A stretch of 15,966 nt of DNA from Silvanigrellaceae bacterium. Its GTDB lineage: Bacteria > Bdellovibrionota_B > Oligoflexia > Silvanigrellales > Silvanigrellaceae. Below are positions 1 to 8,781 of the stretch, piece by piece (positions within the stretch are counted from its first letter, which is position 1; each line of letters begins with the position of its first letter). The notes under the pieces are model-generated. The model saw only the letters and a list, made by a program, of their open reading frames with translations, ran no database searches and was not told where the DNA came from. The stretch is from the NCBI GenBank assembly GCA_049423385.1, contig JBMSQQ010000080.1, positions 1-15,966 of the forward strand, in the 5' to 3' direction. A program made the translations under genes and the position numbers.

Positions 1-2
1 CA

Positions 3-8
3 CTCCTC
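3..8 (-). promoter_or_regulatory. Shine-Dalgarno-like GAGGAG overlapping the yitJ stop codon; suggests a coupled downstream gene beyond the left edge
   Basis: Minus strand reads ATT TGA GGAGTG at the window end, so GAGGAG overlaps the TGA stop at 7-9. Confidence 0.5.
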
Positions 9-1896
9 AAATCAACGCAAGAGCAAGTTCAACCTGCCCCAGTGGCGCAGAGATTTGCAGACCCTGCACGTTTTTCCTGATGTCACTGATCAATTCAAAC
101 GCAATCTGCAAACCTTCCTTGCGCTGATCTTCGGTGGTTTTGCAGGCGCGCATCCGCTCGAGAAGCTTTTCAGGCACATAGACGCCAGGCACTTCATTGG
201 CCATGAATTCAGCGTTGCGCAAACTCATCAGCGGCCAGATTCCCGCGATGATGGGAACCCTGAACTGCGAGGAGAAATCCAGAAACCGCAGCAAGCTTTC
301 GGAATCAAATACCGGCTGCGTGATGGCCCACTGCGCTCCAGCCTCGACCTTGTACCTGAAACGCTCAAATTCTTTTTTCAAATCTGGGGCCACCGGATTC
401 GCACCAACACCAATCGAAAACCCCGTCGAACGGCCGATCGATGTTCCACCCAGATCCAGTCCCGAGTTCAACCGGGAGGCCATGTTCACAAGACCAATGG
501 CATCGATGTCAAATACAGCGGTCGCGGTTGGATAAGGCCCCAGTTTTGGTGGATCACCGGTGACGCAAAGAATATTTTTCAGCCCCAGGCCCGCTGCACC
601 AATCAGGTCGCTCTGAATACCAAGAATATTTCTGTCGCGACAGGCATAATGAAGAACTGTTTCAATTCCGATTTTCTGCTCGATGAGACAGGCCGCAGCA
701 AGGGCAGACATGCGCGCACTGGCGCGTGGACCATCGGGAATGTTGATGGCATCCACGCCTGCCTTTTTGCATTGCGCCGATCGCTCAAGCAGCTTGTCGG
801 TGTCGAGCCCCTTGGGTGGCAAAAGCTCAACCGAGACCACGAATTTTCCACCGGCAAGGCCACGGCTCCATTGCGAGCTCGAATCCTGGTCTGTTGGCTT
901 GGCCTGCACTGAGTTTGTCTCGGAAACAGAAACCGTCGAGCGGAAGGTTTCGCCACCGCGGAAGGCAGCACCCTGACGCAATGCACCCGACATTGCCCGA
1001 ATGTGTTGGGGCGTTGTTCCACTGCATCCGCCCAGAACCCGAACGTCCTGAAGCAATGCCTGGCGAGCAAACTCACCCATGTACTCGGGGCTCGCCATAT
1101 AAATCAGACGACCATCCACCTGCCGCGGAAGTCCGGCATTGGGCTTCAGAATGAGCGGTTTGTTAGTGGACGACTTGAGTCGTTTTGCAAGCTCAAGCAA
1201 CGGGGCAGGGCCATTGCCACCATTGACGCCAACAACATCGGCGCCCCATTCATCGAGCTTGCGAACAAACCATTCCGGCTCTGTTCCATAGAGCGTTTGG
1301 CCGTCATCATTGGTGGCCATCATCGCCACAACCGGATAATCACCCAACGATTTGACGGCACGAATCGCCTGATGAATTTCGTTCAGGTCGGCAAAACCCT
1401 CAAGGACAAACAGGTCAACGCCACCTTGTTGCAACGCCTTGGCCTGTTCAAAGAAAAATTCTTTCGCTTCATCAAACGAAGTGGGGCCCCAGGGCTCAAT
1501 CCTGACACCCAAGGGGCCCAGACAACCCGCAACCCAAACCACATCGCCGGCGACAGCCCGGGCGATTTGAGCTCCACGCAGATTGATTTCCAGGAGCTGT
1601 GAATCGAGGCCATAGTTGCGCAATTTGATGCGATTCGCACCCCACGTGTTGGTGGTCACAACCTGGGCACCCGATTGGATGTATTGTTTGTGGATGTTGG
1701 TAATCAGTTCGGGCTGTGAAAGGTTCACTTCATCAAAAGAACGATTGATGAATACGCCTTTTTCATAAAGCTGGGTGGCAACCCCGCCATCAAACAAAAA
1801 GGCCTGATTGCCCTCGTTGAGCAATGAGAAAAATCGTGAAACGCGCTCAAGAGGAAAGCGCACTGCGCCTTCCCCCGACTCGGGTTGGTTTGTCAT
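7..1896 (-). CDS. yitJ: Bifunctional homocysteine S-methyltransferase-like / 5,10-methylenetetrahydrofolate reductase (YitJ family); HMT zinc site degenerate
   Basis: 629 aa. N-terminal HMT motifs: FDGGVAT, TTNTWGAN, AGCLGP, PNAGLP, GGCSGTTPQHI. C-terminal MTHFR motifs: VELLPPKG, IPDGPRASARMS, HYACRDRN, TGDPP, KVEAGA, ITQPVFD. GGAG lies 7 nt before the ATG. Confidence 0.92.
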   Translation of the reverse strand: MTNQPESGEGAVRFPLERVSRFFSLLNEGNQAFLFDGGVATQLYEKGVFINRSFDEVNLSQPELITNIHKQYIQSGAQVVTTNTWGANRIKLRNYGLDSQLLEINLRGAQIARAVAGDVVWVAGCLGPLGVRIEPWGPTSFDEAKEFFFEQAKALQQGGVDLFVLEGFADLNEIHQAIRAVKSLGDYPVVAMMATNDDGQTLYGTEPEWFVRKLDEWGADVVGVNGGNGPAPLLELAKRLKSSTNKPLILKPNAGLPRQVDGRLIYMASPEYMGEFARQALLQDVRVLGGCSGTTPQHIRAMSGALRQGAAFRGGETFRSTVSVSETNSVQAKPTDQDSSSQWSRGLAGGKFVVSVELLPPKGLDTDKLLERSAQCKKAGVDAINIPDGPRASARMSALAAACLIEQKIGIETVLHYACRDRNILGIQSDLIGAAGLGLKNILCVTGDPPKLGPYPTATAVFDIDAIGLVNMASRLNSGLDLGGTSIGRSTGFSIGVGANPVAPDLKKEFERFRYKVEAGAQWAITQPVFDSESLLRFLDFSSQFRVPIIAGIWPLMSLRNAEFMANEVPGVYVPEKLLERMRACKTTEDQRKEGLQIAFELISDIRKNVQGLQISAPLGQVELALALI

Positions 1897-1988
1897 AAGG
1901 TGCTCCGGGTTCTGCCGCTCGTGTCCTACCAGCGGACTTCACAGCTGTGTCGAGCTTTATCGAAAGATCAAGGGATGGCAAGGATGGC

Positions 1989-2019
1989 GGCCCGCAAGTC
2001 CACCGATTGCGGGTCTTTT
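1989..2019 (+). terminator. Intrinsic terminator-like hairpin in the divergent yitJ/HDAC intergenic region
   Basis: GGCCCGCAA (1989-1997) pairs with TTGCGGGTC (2007-2015) with one G-U, 9-nt loop, followed by TTTT (2016-2019). The U-tract is short and the position is atypical. Confidence 0.35.
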
Positions 2020-2189
2020 CGTGGCCCCACTTGAGCACACGAGACAGGCAAAAATGTGAAGCCGTGCCCAAGCAAACGTTTTTTTGACCCAAACCAATGG
2101 ACCCCACGGGAATGGTTCTGAATAATAGGTTCTGGATAGCTCGCTACGGGCGTCTAAACTGCCTATTCTTAAAGCACTTGGGATGGTGA

Positions 2190-3197
2190 ATGAAGGTTTT
2201 CTACGATCCGGTCCAAAAAACTCACGTGCTCTCGCACGAGATCATTGCCGGAAAGCGATTCCGTCACCACGAGCGACGGGCTCGAATCGACATCATTCGT
2301 CGCCACCTGAAAAGTCATGGCCAGTTTGAATTTATTGTCCCGGAAGCACTTCCCATGGAAGCCGTGCTTGCGGTTCACGACGAAGCATACATTCGCTTTC
2401 TCGAAAGCTCACAGATGCTCTCCAAGGATGAAGTCATCTGGCCTTACGTCTTTCCATGCGATCGCCGGGTTCCGGTTTACGAACCTGTGACCGTATTCAC
2501 CGCAGGATATTATTGTTTTGATGTTGGCACCCCCATCATGAGCGACACCTGGCAGGCTGCCATCGCGGCCGCATCGGGTGCATACGCTGCCGCCCAGCAT
2601 CTCAAGAAGACGGGAGAGACCTGTTACGCGCTCGCGCGTCCGCCCGGACACCATGCTGCCGCTGCATTGTTTGGTGGCTACTGCTACCTCAACAACGCAG
2701 CCATCGCTGCCCGGTATCTTTCACAATATGGAAAGGTCTTGTTGATCGACTTCGACTATCATCATGGCAACGGAACCCAATCCATTTTCTATGATTCTTC
2801 AGAAGTTTTTTACCTCAGCACGCATGGCAATCCGGCCATCGAGTATCCTTATTTCACCGGATATGAGCATGAAGTTGGTATCGATGACGGGGTCGGATTC
2901 AACCTCAATTGCCCGATGGAGCCGCACTGCGGGCCCGAACATTATTTTGAGGTCTTCCACGCTGCGGTTGAAAAAGTACTGAAAAAATTCGATCCAAAAT
3001 TTATTGTCTGTTCGTGTGGATTCGACGTTGCCGACAAAGACCCGCTGGGTCATTTCGGTTTGCAGCCTGAGCATTTCCATTCGCTCGGCGAAACCATCAA
3101 GGCAATCCGAAAGCCAACGATGCTCGTGCAGGAAGGTGGTTACCTGGTGGAACGACTCGGCCTGAACGTCGAGGCGTTCCTCACAGCATTTTTGTAA
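2190..3197 (+). CDS. Zn-dependent histone deacetylase family protein, acetylpolyamine amidohydrolase-like
   Basis: 335 aa. Motifs RPPGHHA, GGYCYLNNAAIAA, DFDYHHGNGTQ, GFD..DKDPLG and QEGGY; catalytic and metal residues appear intact. YCFDVGTP and EYPYFTG resemble the APAH subgroup. Confidence 0.92.
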   Translation: MKVFYDPVQKTHVLSHEIIAGKRFRHHERRARIDIIRRHLKSHGQFEFIVPEALPMEAVLAVHDEAYIRFLESSQMLSKDEVIWPYVFPCDRRVPVYEPVTVFTAGYYCFDVGTPIMSDTWQAAIAAASGAYAAAQHLKKTGETCYALARPPGHHAAAALFGGYCYLNNAAIAARYLSQYGKVLLIDFDYHHGNGTQSIFYDSSEVFYLSTHGNPAIEYPYFTGYEHEVGIDDGVGFNLNCPMEPHCGPEHYFEVFHAAVEKVLKKFDPKFIVCSCGFDVADKDPLGHFGLQPEHFHSLGETIKAIRKPTMLVQEGGYLVERLGLNVEAFLTAFL

Positions 3198-3202
3198 AAT
3201 GA

Positions 3203-3230
3203 CTCCGGGCGGTCCGATAGCCGCGTGGAG
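3203..3230. terminator. GC-rich imperfect hairpin just after the HDAC stop
   Basis: CTCCG-G-GCGG pairs with CCGC-G-TGGAG. No U-tract follows on the + strand; A-runs flank both sides. Confidence 0.25.
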
Positions 3231-3338
3231 AAAAAGGTCTGAGAAATTCTCTGTCAAACCATTTGGCAGTAGAAAAATCCTTTCATAACTTTTTCCACCT
3301 CACAAAAGACAGGGAGAACTTTAAGTTCGCTGCTATCA

Positions 3339-3785
3339 GTGGTTGGCCTCGTCGGCTGCAAATCCTCTGGTTCAGAAACCTCCAGCCGCTGCAATTTGAA
3401 CCCAGAGCAAGCCAAGAAATACAACGAATGCATGGAAAGCAGTCCAACCGAGTACGCGCAGGACGAACTTCACTGTTCCATTTATCCAGCAACGAATAAA
3501 AAGGCTTTAAAAGGAACAACAAAAGTATTGAGCGAGACCTGCATCAAGTCCTGGCATAAGAAGATCAAGACCGGCGACACCTGCTACGTGACAATCAGCC
3601 CGGGCCAATCCAACTTCACTGGCATCTTGAATCGCACGAATTACTTCCTCCGCATGACCGCGAGAGCAGACGAAAGCAACCCGGGTTCCATCCGCAGCGA
3701 GCCCAAATTCCTGGGCTCGCTTTCTGACTATTTATTTTCAAAGTTCTCTGCTCTTCCAGATGGAAAAGCGGAGAAATATTCCTAA
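3339..3785 (+). CDS. Probable lipoprotein, hypothetical; start codon uncertain
   Basis: Lipobox LVG|C followed by a Ser-rich tether (CKSSGSETSS) and five further Cys. The frame is open upstream to the TAG at 3270-3272 and encodes QKTGRTLSSLLSVVGLVGC, but has no ATG/GTG/TTG before 3339. Confidence 0.55.
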   Translation: MVGLVGCKSSGSETSSRCNLNPEQAKKYNECMESSPTEYAQDELHCSIYPATNKKALKGTTKVLSETCIKSWHKKIKTGDTCYVTISPGQSNFTGILNRTNYFLRMTARADESNPGSIRSEPKFLGSLSDYLFSKFSALPDGKAEKYS

Positions 3786-4705
3786 AAGAAGTATCCAAGA
3801 TAGAAGTTGAACAGGCGAAGGCTCGGAAAATCAGCGAAATTCTTCCTGTAATTCTGAGCTTGCAAGACGTCATTCTCGGCGGGATCCACTTCGGATGTGA
3901 ATTTTTGCGAGAAGTCGAATACCGGCACTGAAATGCCGAACCACTCACACCCGAAGAAATAATCACCCTTGCTCCAGTCCTTGCCAAATCCCATCTGGAT
4001 CTGCAACTGCTCGAATTTCGAATAGAGGATCGGCAGTCGATTGGGATTATAAAATTTGGATTCGGGACCGACGTAGAATTCATTGCGTCCCGAGAATATT
4101 TCATAAACAACTGCGCCGCTCAAAAACGAATCCACTCCAAACATCCTCCTGAAAACTGGAGCCGACGAATCTCGGATGCTGAATTTCGCCAGGGCGCCGA
4201 TTCTCAACCGCTTCCAATAGTCGTCATAACAGCCGCCATTGTGGGAAAAAATACAAATCTCTTTCACCTCGGGAACCCAATCCAGAGAACCCTCAAAACC
4301 CCAATGTTCCGTCAGTCCACGTCCAATGGCGAGAGTTAGTCCCCTCACAAACATCAATCCAGCACCCACCCGAACATGGTTGCCATTGAAATCTTCCAAT
4401 CCCATGCCAGGACCAGACTCCCTGTCATCGACATGTTCCTCAGCGCTTCTGGAGGGCTTGGAATTGGTCGTTCCGCCTGCAGCAATTAAAAAATCTGGAC
4501 TTCTTTCTTCAATCAAATGGCCGCGCAAGACATCTCGCTCACTCTCCGAACGAGAATCATGGTCGGCCAGATGTAAATTCGCGAATGATTGATCTCTTAA
4601 ACCTTCATAATCCTCTGTCGAACTCTCCCGGATTGATGCATAAGCTGTGCAAAACAACACTGATAAGGACAAGCATACAAACCTGAAGAATCGTATATCT
4701 TTCAA
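3782..4705 (-). CDS. Putative outer-membrane beta-barrel protein
   Basis: 307 aa. Signal peptide MKDIRFFRFVCLSLSVLFCTAYA, acidic disordered N-region, amphipathic Gly/aromatic strands, and C-terminal beta-signal-like LFNFYLGYFF ending in Phe. TTG start with GAGGG upstream. Confidence 0.7.
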   Translation of the reverse strand: MKDIRFFRFVCLSLSVLFCTAYASIRESSTEDYEGLRDQSFANLHLADHDSRSESERDVLRGHLIEERSPDFLIAAGGTTNSKPSRSAEEHVDDRESGPGMGLEDFNGNHVRVGAGLMFVRGLTLAIGRGLTEHWGFEGSLDWVPEVKEICIFSHNGGCYDDYWKRLRIGALAKFSIRDSSAPVFRRMFGVDSFLSGAVVYEIFSGRNEFYVGPESKFYNPNRLPILYSKFEQLQIQMGFGKDWSKGDYFFGCEWFGISVPVFDFSQKFTSEVDPAENDVLQAQNYRKNFADFPSLRLFNFYLGYFF

Positions 4706-4797
4706 GATTGACTACCCTCGAAATTTGTCATGAATCTTTGTTGTATTTCTTGAAGCTTCAAGAATCGAAGAGAAATCCTAATCCTGGCATCATAATC

Positions 4798-6447
4798 TCA
4801 AAGCCTGTGTAAGAAAACACTGACCACCGTCTTGTAGCCAACATCTGTTTCAAGATCCCGCCGCACGGCAATGCGCAGTTCTTCGCCGAGGCTGTCGGCA
4901 TTCAAACTTGATTTTCTCTGCGCACGAATGATCTCGCGGAACGACGATTTGAAAACTTCCATCACCCGATCGGATGTCACATTGACACCGCGGACCTGAA
5001 TCTTCGGATCTGCGAGCAGTCGGCTCAGGCTGGAATCTGCGACCGCAGACACTTCAATGATGCCGTTGCGCGCAAGCATTACGCGATTACGCAAAACATC
5101 ACTCTTGCCGGACAAAACGCGATCGCTGCCCACAAAATCGCGACCCGATTCCCAGCGATCGGTGACGCCCAAGGGCTCTGGCCCGATGCTCAGCACATCT
5201 CCATTTTCAACAAGAAAACAATTCTCCGGCTTCACACCAGCCGATTCTGCAACACGCAAATGTTGAACCAGATTGCGGTATTCTCCATGCAGTGGCATAA
5301 AAAATTTCGGCTTCACCAGTGCGATGCAATCTCGCAAATCCTCGACATATCCATGCCCACTCACATGAACATCGGCATCCTTGCCCGTCAGGACGCGGCA
5401 GCCCAATCTCCAAAATTGGTTGATCAGGACATTGATGGATTTCTCGTTGCCGGGAATCGCCCGGGCCGAAAGAATCACAACATCATTTCCGTCCAACTTT
5501 ATGTTCTCCATGCTGCCAAATGCAAGACGATTGGCGCCCGAAAACATTTCTCCTTGGGTGCCAGTGCAGATGATGCAAAGCTCATGTGCCGGAATCAGCT
5601 TGAGCTCATCATTTGAAACAACAAAATTGTCATCCACGTCGCTGATAATGCCGAGTCTTCGAGAGATTTCGTAATTGCGCAAAAGAGATTTACCCAGCAA
5701 CAAAACACGCCGACCAGTGGCTTTCGCTGCATCGAAAATACTCTGCACGCGCCATATGTTGCTGGCAAACGTCGCCACCACCACACGGCCCGAAGATGAT
5801 TTGAAAAGTGCTTCGAGATTTCCACCAATTTTCTTTTCCTCGCGATCACGTCCGGGCACAAAGACGTTCGTCGAGTCGGCCGTCATCAACAGCGTCTGTT
5901 TGCCCTGGGTGATGCGAGCCAGATTGTCGAGCGTCACCGACCCTTCGGGAGCCGAGCGGTCGACGCGATAATCACCTGTGTGCAACAGGTTTCCATATTT
6001 TGTTTCAAAATAGAGTCCACAGGCATCCGGAATACTGTGATTGACCGGATACGGAGTCACGGCAGCCTGGCGAAATGTTGTTTTTTGCCAAACCTGCCAG
6101 ATGTGAATCTCGGGCGCTTCCATTCCGAGTCCACGGAATTTTTCCTTGATGAGCTCTGCAGTGAACTCGGTGGTGTAGATAGGCGCCGGGAACTCGCGAT
6201 AAAGCCAGGGCAGGGCACCGATGTGATCTTCATGACCATGAGTGATAAGCCATGCCGTGGGACGAATGCCGCGCTCGCGCACCGCATCCATCGAAGGAAA
6301 AATAAGATCCATTCCCGGAATGGTCTCATCGGCAAAAAGCGTTCCGCAGTCCACAAAGAACCACGACTCATCAACCCGCCAAAGTGTGAGATTCATTCCA
6401 ATCTCGCCACACCCACCCAGGGGAATAACCTGAAAAGATTTGCTCAT
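4798..6447 (-). CDS. rnj: Ribonuclease J (metallo-beta-lactamase/beta-CASP)
   Basis: 549 aa. Motifs IPLGGCGEIGMN, ITHGHEDHIG, VNHSIPD, HTGDY, TFASN, TGTQGE, IPGNE, HVSGH, PLHGEYR. Confidence 0.95.
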   Translation of the reverse strand: MSKSFQVIPLGGCGEIGMNLTLWRVDESWFFVDCGTLFADETIPGMDLIFPSMDAVRERGIRPTAWLITHGHEDHIGALPWLYREFPAPIYTTEFTAELIKEKFRGLGMEAPEIHIWQVWQKTTFRQAAVTPYPVNHSIPDACGLYFETKYGNLLHTGDYRVDRSAPEGSVTLDNLARITQGKQTLLMTADSTNVFVPGRDREEKKIGGNLEALFKSSSGRVVVATFASNIWRVQSIFDAAKATGRRVLLLGKSLLRNYEISRRLGIISDVDDNFVVSNDELKLIPAHELCIICTGTQGEMFSGANRLAFGSMENIKLDGNDVVILSARAIPGNEKSINVLINQFWRLGCRVLTGKDADVHVSGHGYVEDLRDCIALVKPKFFMPLHGEYRNLVQHLRVAESAGVKPENCFLVENGDVLSIGPEPLGVTDRWESGRDFVGSDRVLSGKSDVLRNRVMLARNGIIEVSAVADSSLSRLLADPKIQVRGVNVTSDRVMEVFKSSFREIIRAQRKSSLNADSLGEELRIAVRRDLETDVGYKTVVSVFLHRL

Positions 6448-6456
6448 GAAAAGCCT

Positions 6457-8211
6457 TTATCTTGAATACCTGTCGAGAGTATCGAGATTCTCGCGTACAA
6501 CAAAACGGAAGGGAAAGGAAATCGTGATGGCGCCGTTGATCGGCTTGGGAAAAGTCCATCCTTTGACCTTCTTTTCCAGACAGGCAATGAATCCTGAATC
6601 CTTGATACTCGTTTTTTCAACCTTTGCCTTGTGCAGTTTTCCACTCTCGGCAATTGTCCATTTCCATATGATTGATCCACTCAAGCGTGGATTCCGGTTC
6701 AGCGCAGTATCGTAACATCCTTTCACCTCGGGGCTGCGACTGCGCACAAACGATTCCACTTCAGTCATGCTGATCTTGGGAACCGGCTTGGGTGCGGGAG
6801 GAGGAGCGACTACTCCCAACGACAAATCCGCATTTTTAAACACCTGCTCATCGGATCCACCCAGAATGGAGTTCGTCGGCATCGTCAAGACGCTTGCAAC
6901 AGAGAGCGAATCCCCCGACCAAACCACCGGAAGCCTTGAGCCGTATGATCGCTCTTCATTTCCATCGCCACCATTCTTGTTCTTCCTCTGACGTTCTGCA
7001 GCCAGGGCAGCGAAACTTTCCGCAACATGAAAGTTTTGCTTCTCATCTTGAAAAGCCGGCTCGGCAAGCCGGAAAAACAGGCCTGGTTCTTTAGGCGGAT
7101 CAAAAATCTGTTGAATCTCTGCGTTGTCCTGTTTGTAGAAAGACTTCATGTAATCGTGTTCGACTTCGATCATGTCGACAGCTGCCGCATAGGTTCGTTC
7201 CAACCGCTCGAGGCGCGCTCTCACACGCTCTGGTATCGAACCATTGGCCTCGCCCGCAACCACGACCCGAAAGGGTGTGTATTCATTTTGCCCGCGAAGA
7301 AAAGTTCCAGGAGCAGCAGCTTCCCGCCGCTCGCTGACTTTTTTCCAGTTCTCGTCGAGCACCGACTGCCATTGTCGATGTCTCAGCAATGCATCCTCGG
7401 GCACACTGATGCCATGCAGCACTGGAACAGACGAATCATACCGACGTCCGGATTCCTCACTCGTCCATTTTTTCTGAAGCTCATCGACCCACTCAACCAC
7501 CTGCCTGAATGCCGCTTGCGAACTGAACCCGCTGTTGAACGCCCATGGCAACATCCTGAAGTGGTCAGGATGAACAATATCAACGGCTGCGAAAGGTGAA
7601 AGGTCGCGCAAATCCTTGAACGCATGCATGGGAAACTTGTTGAGCCAAACCACGCCAGGAATTGTGACCAGCACTGAGGCAACGACTCCCAAAAAGAATC
7701 CCATTTTCTCCAGTGGCGTTTGTCCGTGTGGCAAGCCAAAGGGTGCTTTGGGTGCGCCGGCCATTTTTGGAACAGCTGGAAGTTGTTTCGGCTTGGCAAC
7801 GCGAAAGACTATTTTGTAACCCGATATTTCGAGCGCACCACGACTTCCCAATGGAATCGGAACCTCCAAGGGTTCCAGTACCGAAGCAAGCTCCTTGAGA
7901 GCTCCGCGCGGAGCAATAAAATCGCGCACGGAACCGAATCTCTGCCCATCTGAAACAAATCCATCGAGATGTGGATCGAGGCGCACCCTGGCCCCCCAGC
8001 GCGTCACCGAAAAAAGAAACAGATCGTTGGGAAAAGGGGCAAAAGGAACACTCATTTCAGCTTTGTTTGACTTGCCAATACGCACATCGATTGTCCCCTT
8101 CAGTGCAAATTCGGCTTCGCACTGAAGTGCAGGCCCCTGGTAAACCTGCACGTAAAGTTTGGCGGGAGTTTTTTCTGCGACTTTTTTTGCAGAAACTTTC
8201 TTGGCAGCCAT
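6457..8211 (-). CDS. GltG/AgmX(PglI)-like bitopic inner-membrane protein with C-terminal TonB-C-like domain
   Basis: 584 aa. N-terminal beta-rich FHA-like region, single TM (aa ~170-190), helical periplasmic region, Pro-rich linker APPPAPKPVP. C-terminus VKGCYDTALNRNPRLSG..WTI..SG...CL..KVKGWTFPKP..GAITISFPFRF is typical of the AgmX/PglI C-terminal domain. TGATG coupling with the upstream gene. Confidence 0.82.
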   Translation of the reverse strand: MAAKKVSAKKVAEKTPAKLYVQVYQGPALQCEAEFALKGTIDVRIGKSNKAEMSVPFAPFPNDLFLFSVTRWGARVRLDPHLDGFVSDGQRFGSVRDFIAPRGALKELASVLEPLEVPIPLGSRGALEISGYKIVFRVAKPKQLPAVPKMAGAPKAPFGLPHGQTPLEKMGFFLGVVASVLVTIPGVVWLNKFPMHAFKDLRDLSPFAAVDIVHPDHFRMLPWAFNSGFSSQAAFRQVVEWVDELQKKWTSEESGRRYDSSVPVLHGISVPEDALLRHRQWQSVLDENWKKVSERREAAAPGTFLRGQNEYTPFRVVVAGEANGSIPERVRARLERLERTYAAAVDMIEVEHDYMKSFYKQDNAEIQQIFDPPKEPGLFFRLAEPAFQDEKQNFHVAESFAALAAERQRKNKNGGDGNEERSYGSRLPVVWSGDSLSVASVLTMPTNSILGGSDEQVFKNADLSLGVVAPPPAPKPVPKISMTEVESFVRSRSPEVKGCYDTALNRNPRLSGSIIWKWTIAESGKLHKAKVEKTSIKDSGFIACLEKKVKGWTFPKPINGAITISFPFRFVVRENLDTLDRYSR

Positions 8212-8771
8212 CAGCGAGACCCCTTTCCAGCGGGCCCGCCGACATCAACCGCATAGCGAAGCGTGTCGAATCCCAGTCGCACAAGACTGCCTGCGAATGG
8301 CTGAACCTGGCTCATCGGAATTCGAGAATCCACCCAAAGATCAACAACCCCCATGCCGGGCGTCACTTTACGCCTGAGAAGTGCAATCAGTTCGATGTCC
8401 CCGATACGCTTGCGCAGAAATTGTTCGACCTGTGCAGACCCCGATGGCCAAAGAAATGATTCTCCGCTGTCGAAGACGATTTTCATGGAAGCAGGGTCTT
8501 CTGTGGGACGAATGGCCAGAACCATTCCAACCGGAATGGATTCCTGTTTCATTGCGCCTTTTTCTGCCACCTGGTGAAGGGGCAGATTCATGCTTTCGAT
8601 GAGAAAAAAATCGCCGCGTATCTTGAGCGTCAGGATAAAAATCATCCACGTCAGGAAAGCACAGAATCCATAGGCAAGGAGAATTGCCTGGGTTGGTCGA
8701 CCTGCGTGTCGGGCAACACTCGGATGGCCTGTGCGCCAAATGCCAAATTGTTTGGTCCCCTGTGTAAACAT
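8211..8771 (-). CDS. ExbD/TolR (AglS/AglQ-like) family protein lacking the conserved TM Asp
   Basis: 186 aa. Single N-terminal TM (ILLAYGFCAFLTWMIFILTL) and ExbD-like C-terminal signature VDLWVDSRIPMSQVQPFAGSLVRLGFDTLRYAV. GAGGAG just before the ATG; lies in an exbB-like operon. Confidence 0.7.
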   Translation of the reverse strand: MFTQGTKQFGIWRTGHPSVARHAGRPTQAILLAYGFCAFLTWMIFILTLKIRGDFFLIESMNLPLHQVAEKGAMKQESIPVGMVLAIRPTEDPASMKIVFDSGESFLWPSGSAQVEQFLRKRIGDIELIALLRRKVTPGMGVVDLWVDSRIPMSQVQPFAGSLVRLGFDTLRYAVDVGGPAGKGSR

Positions 8772-8781
8772 CAGCTCCTCG

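Noticed and set aside
55..1602. Long plus-strand ORFs 55..912 and 1003..1602
   Set aside because: Antisense shadows of the well-supported yitJ gene; no recognisable motifs.
1897..2189. Known SAM-I, SAM-II or SAM/SAH riboswitch upstream of yitJ
   Set aside because: Only a fragmentary match (ACGGCTTC on the minus strand near 2058-2065); the core consensus elements were not found by eye. An Rfam scan is needed.
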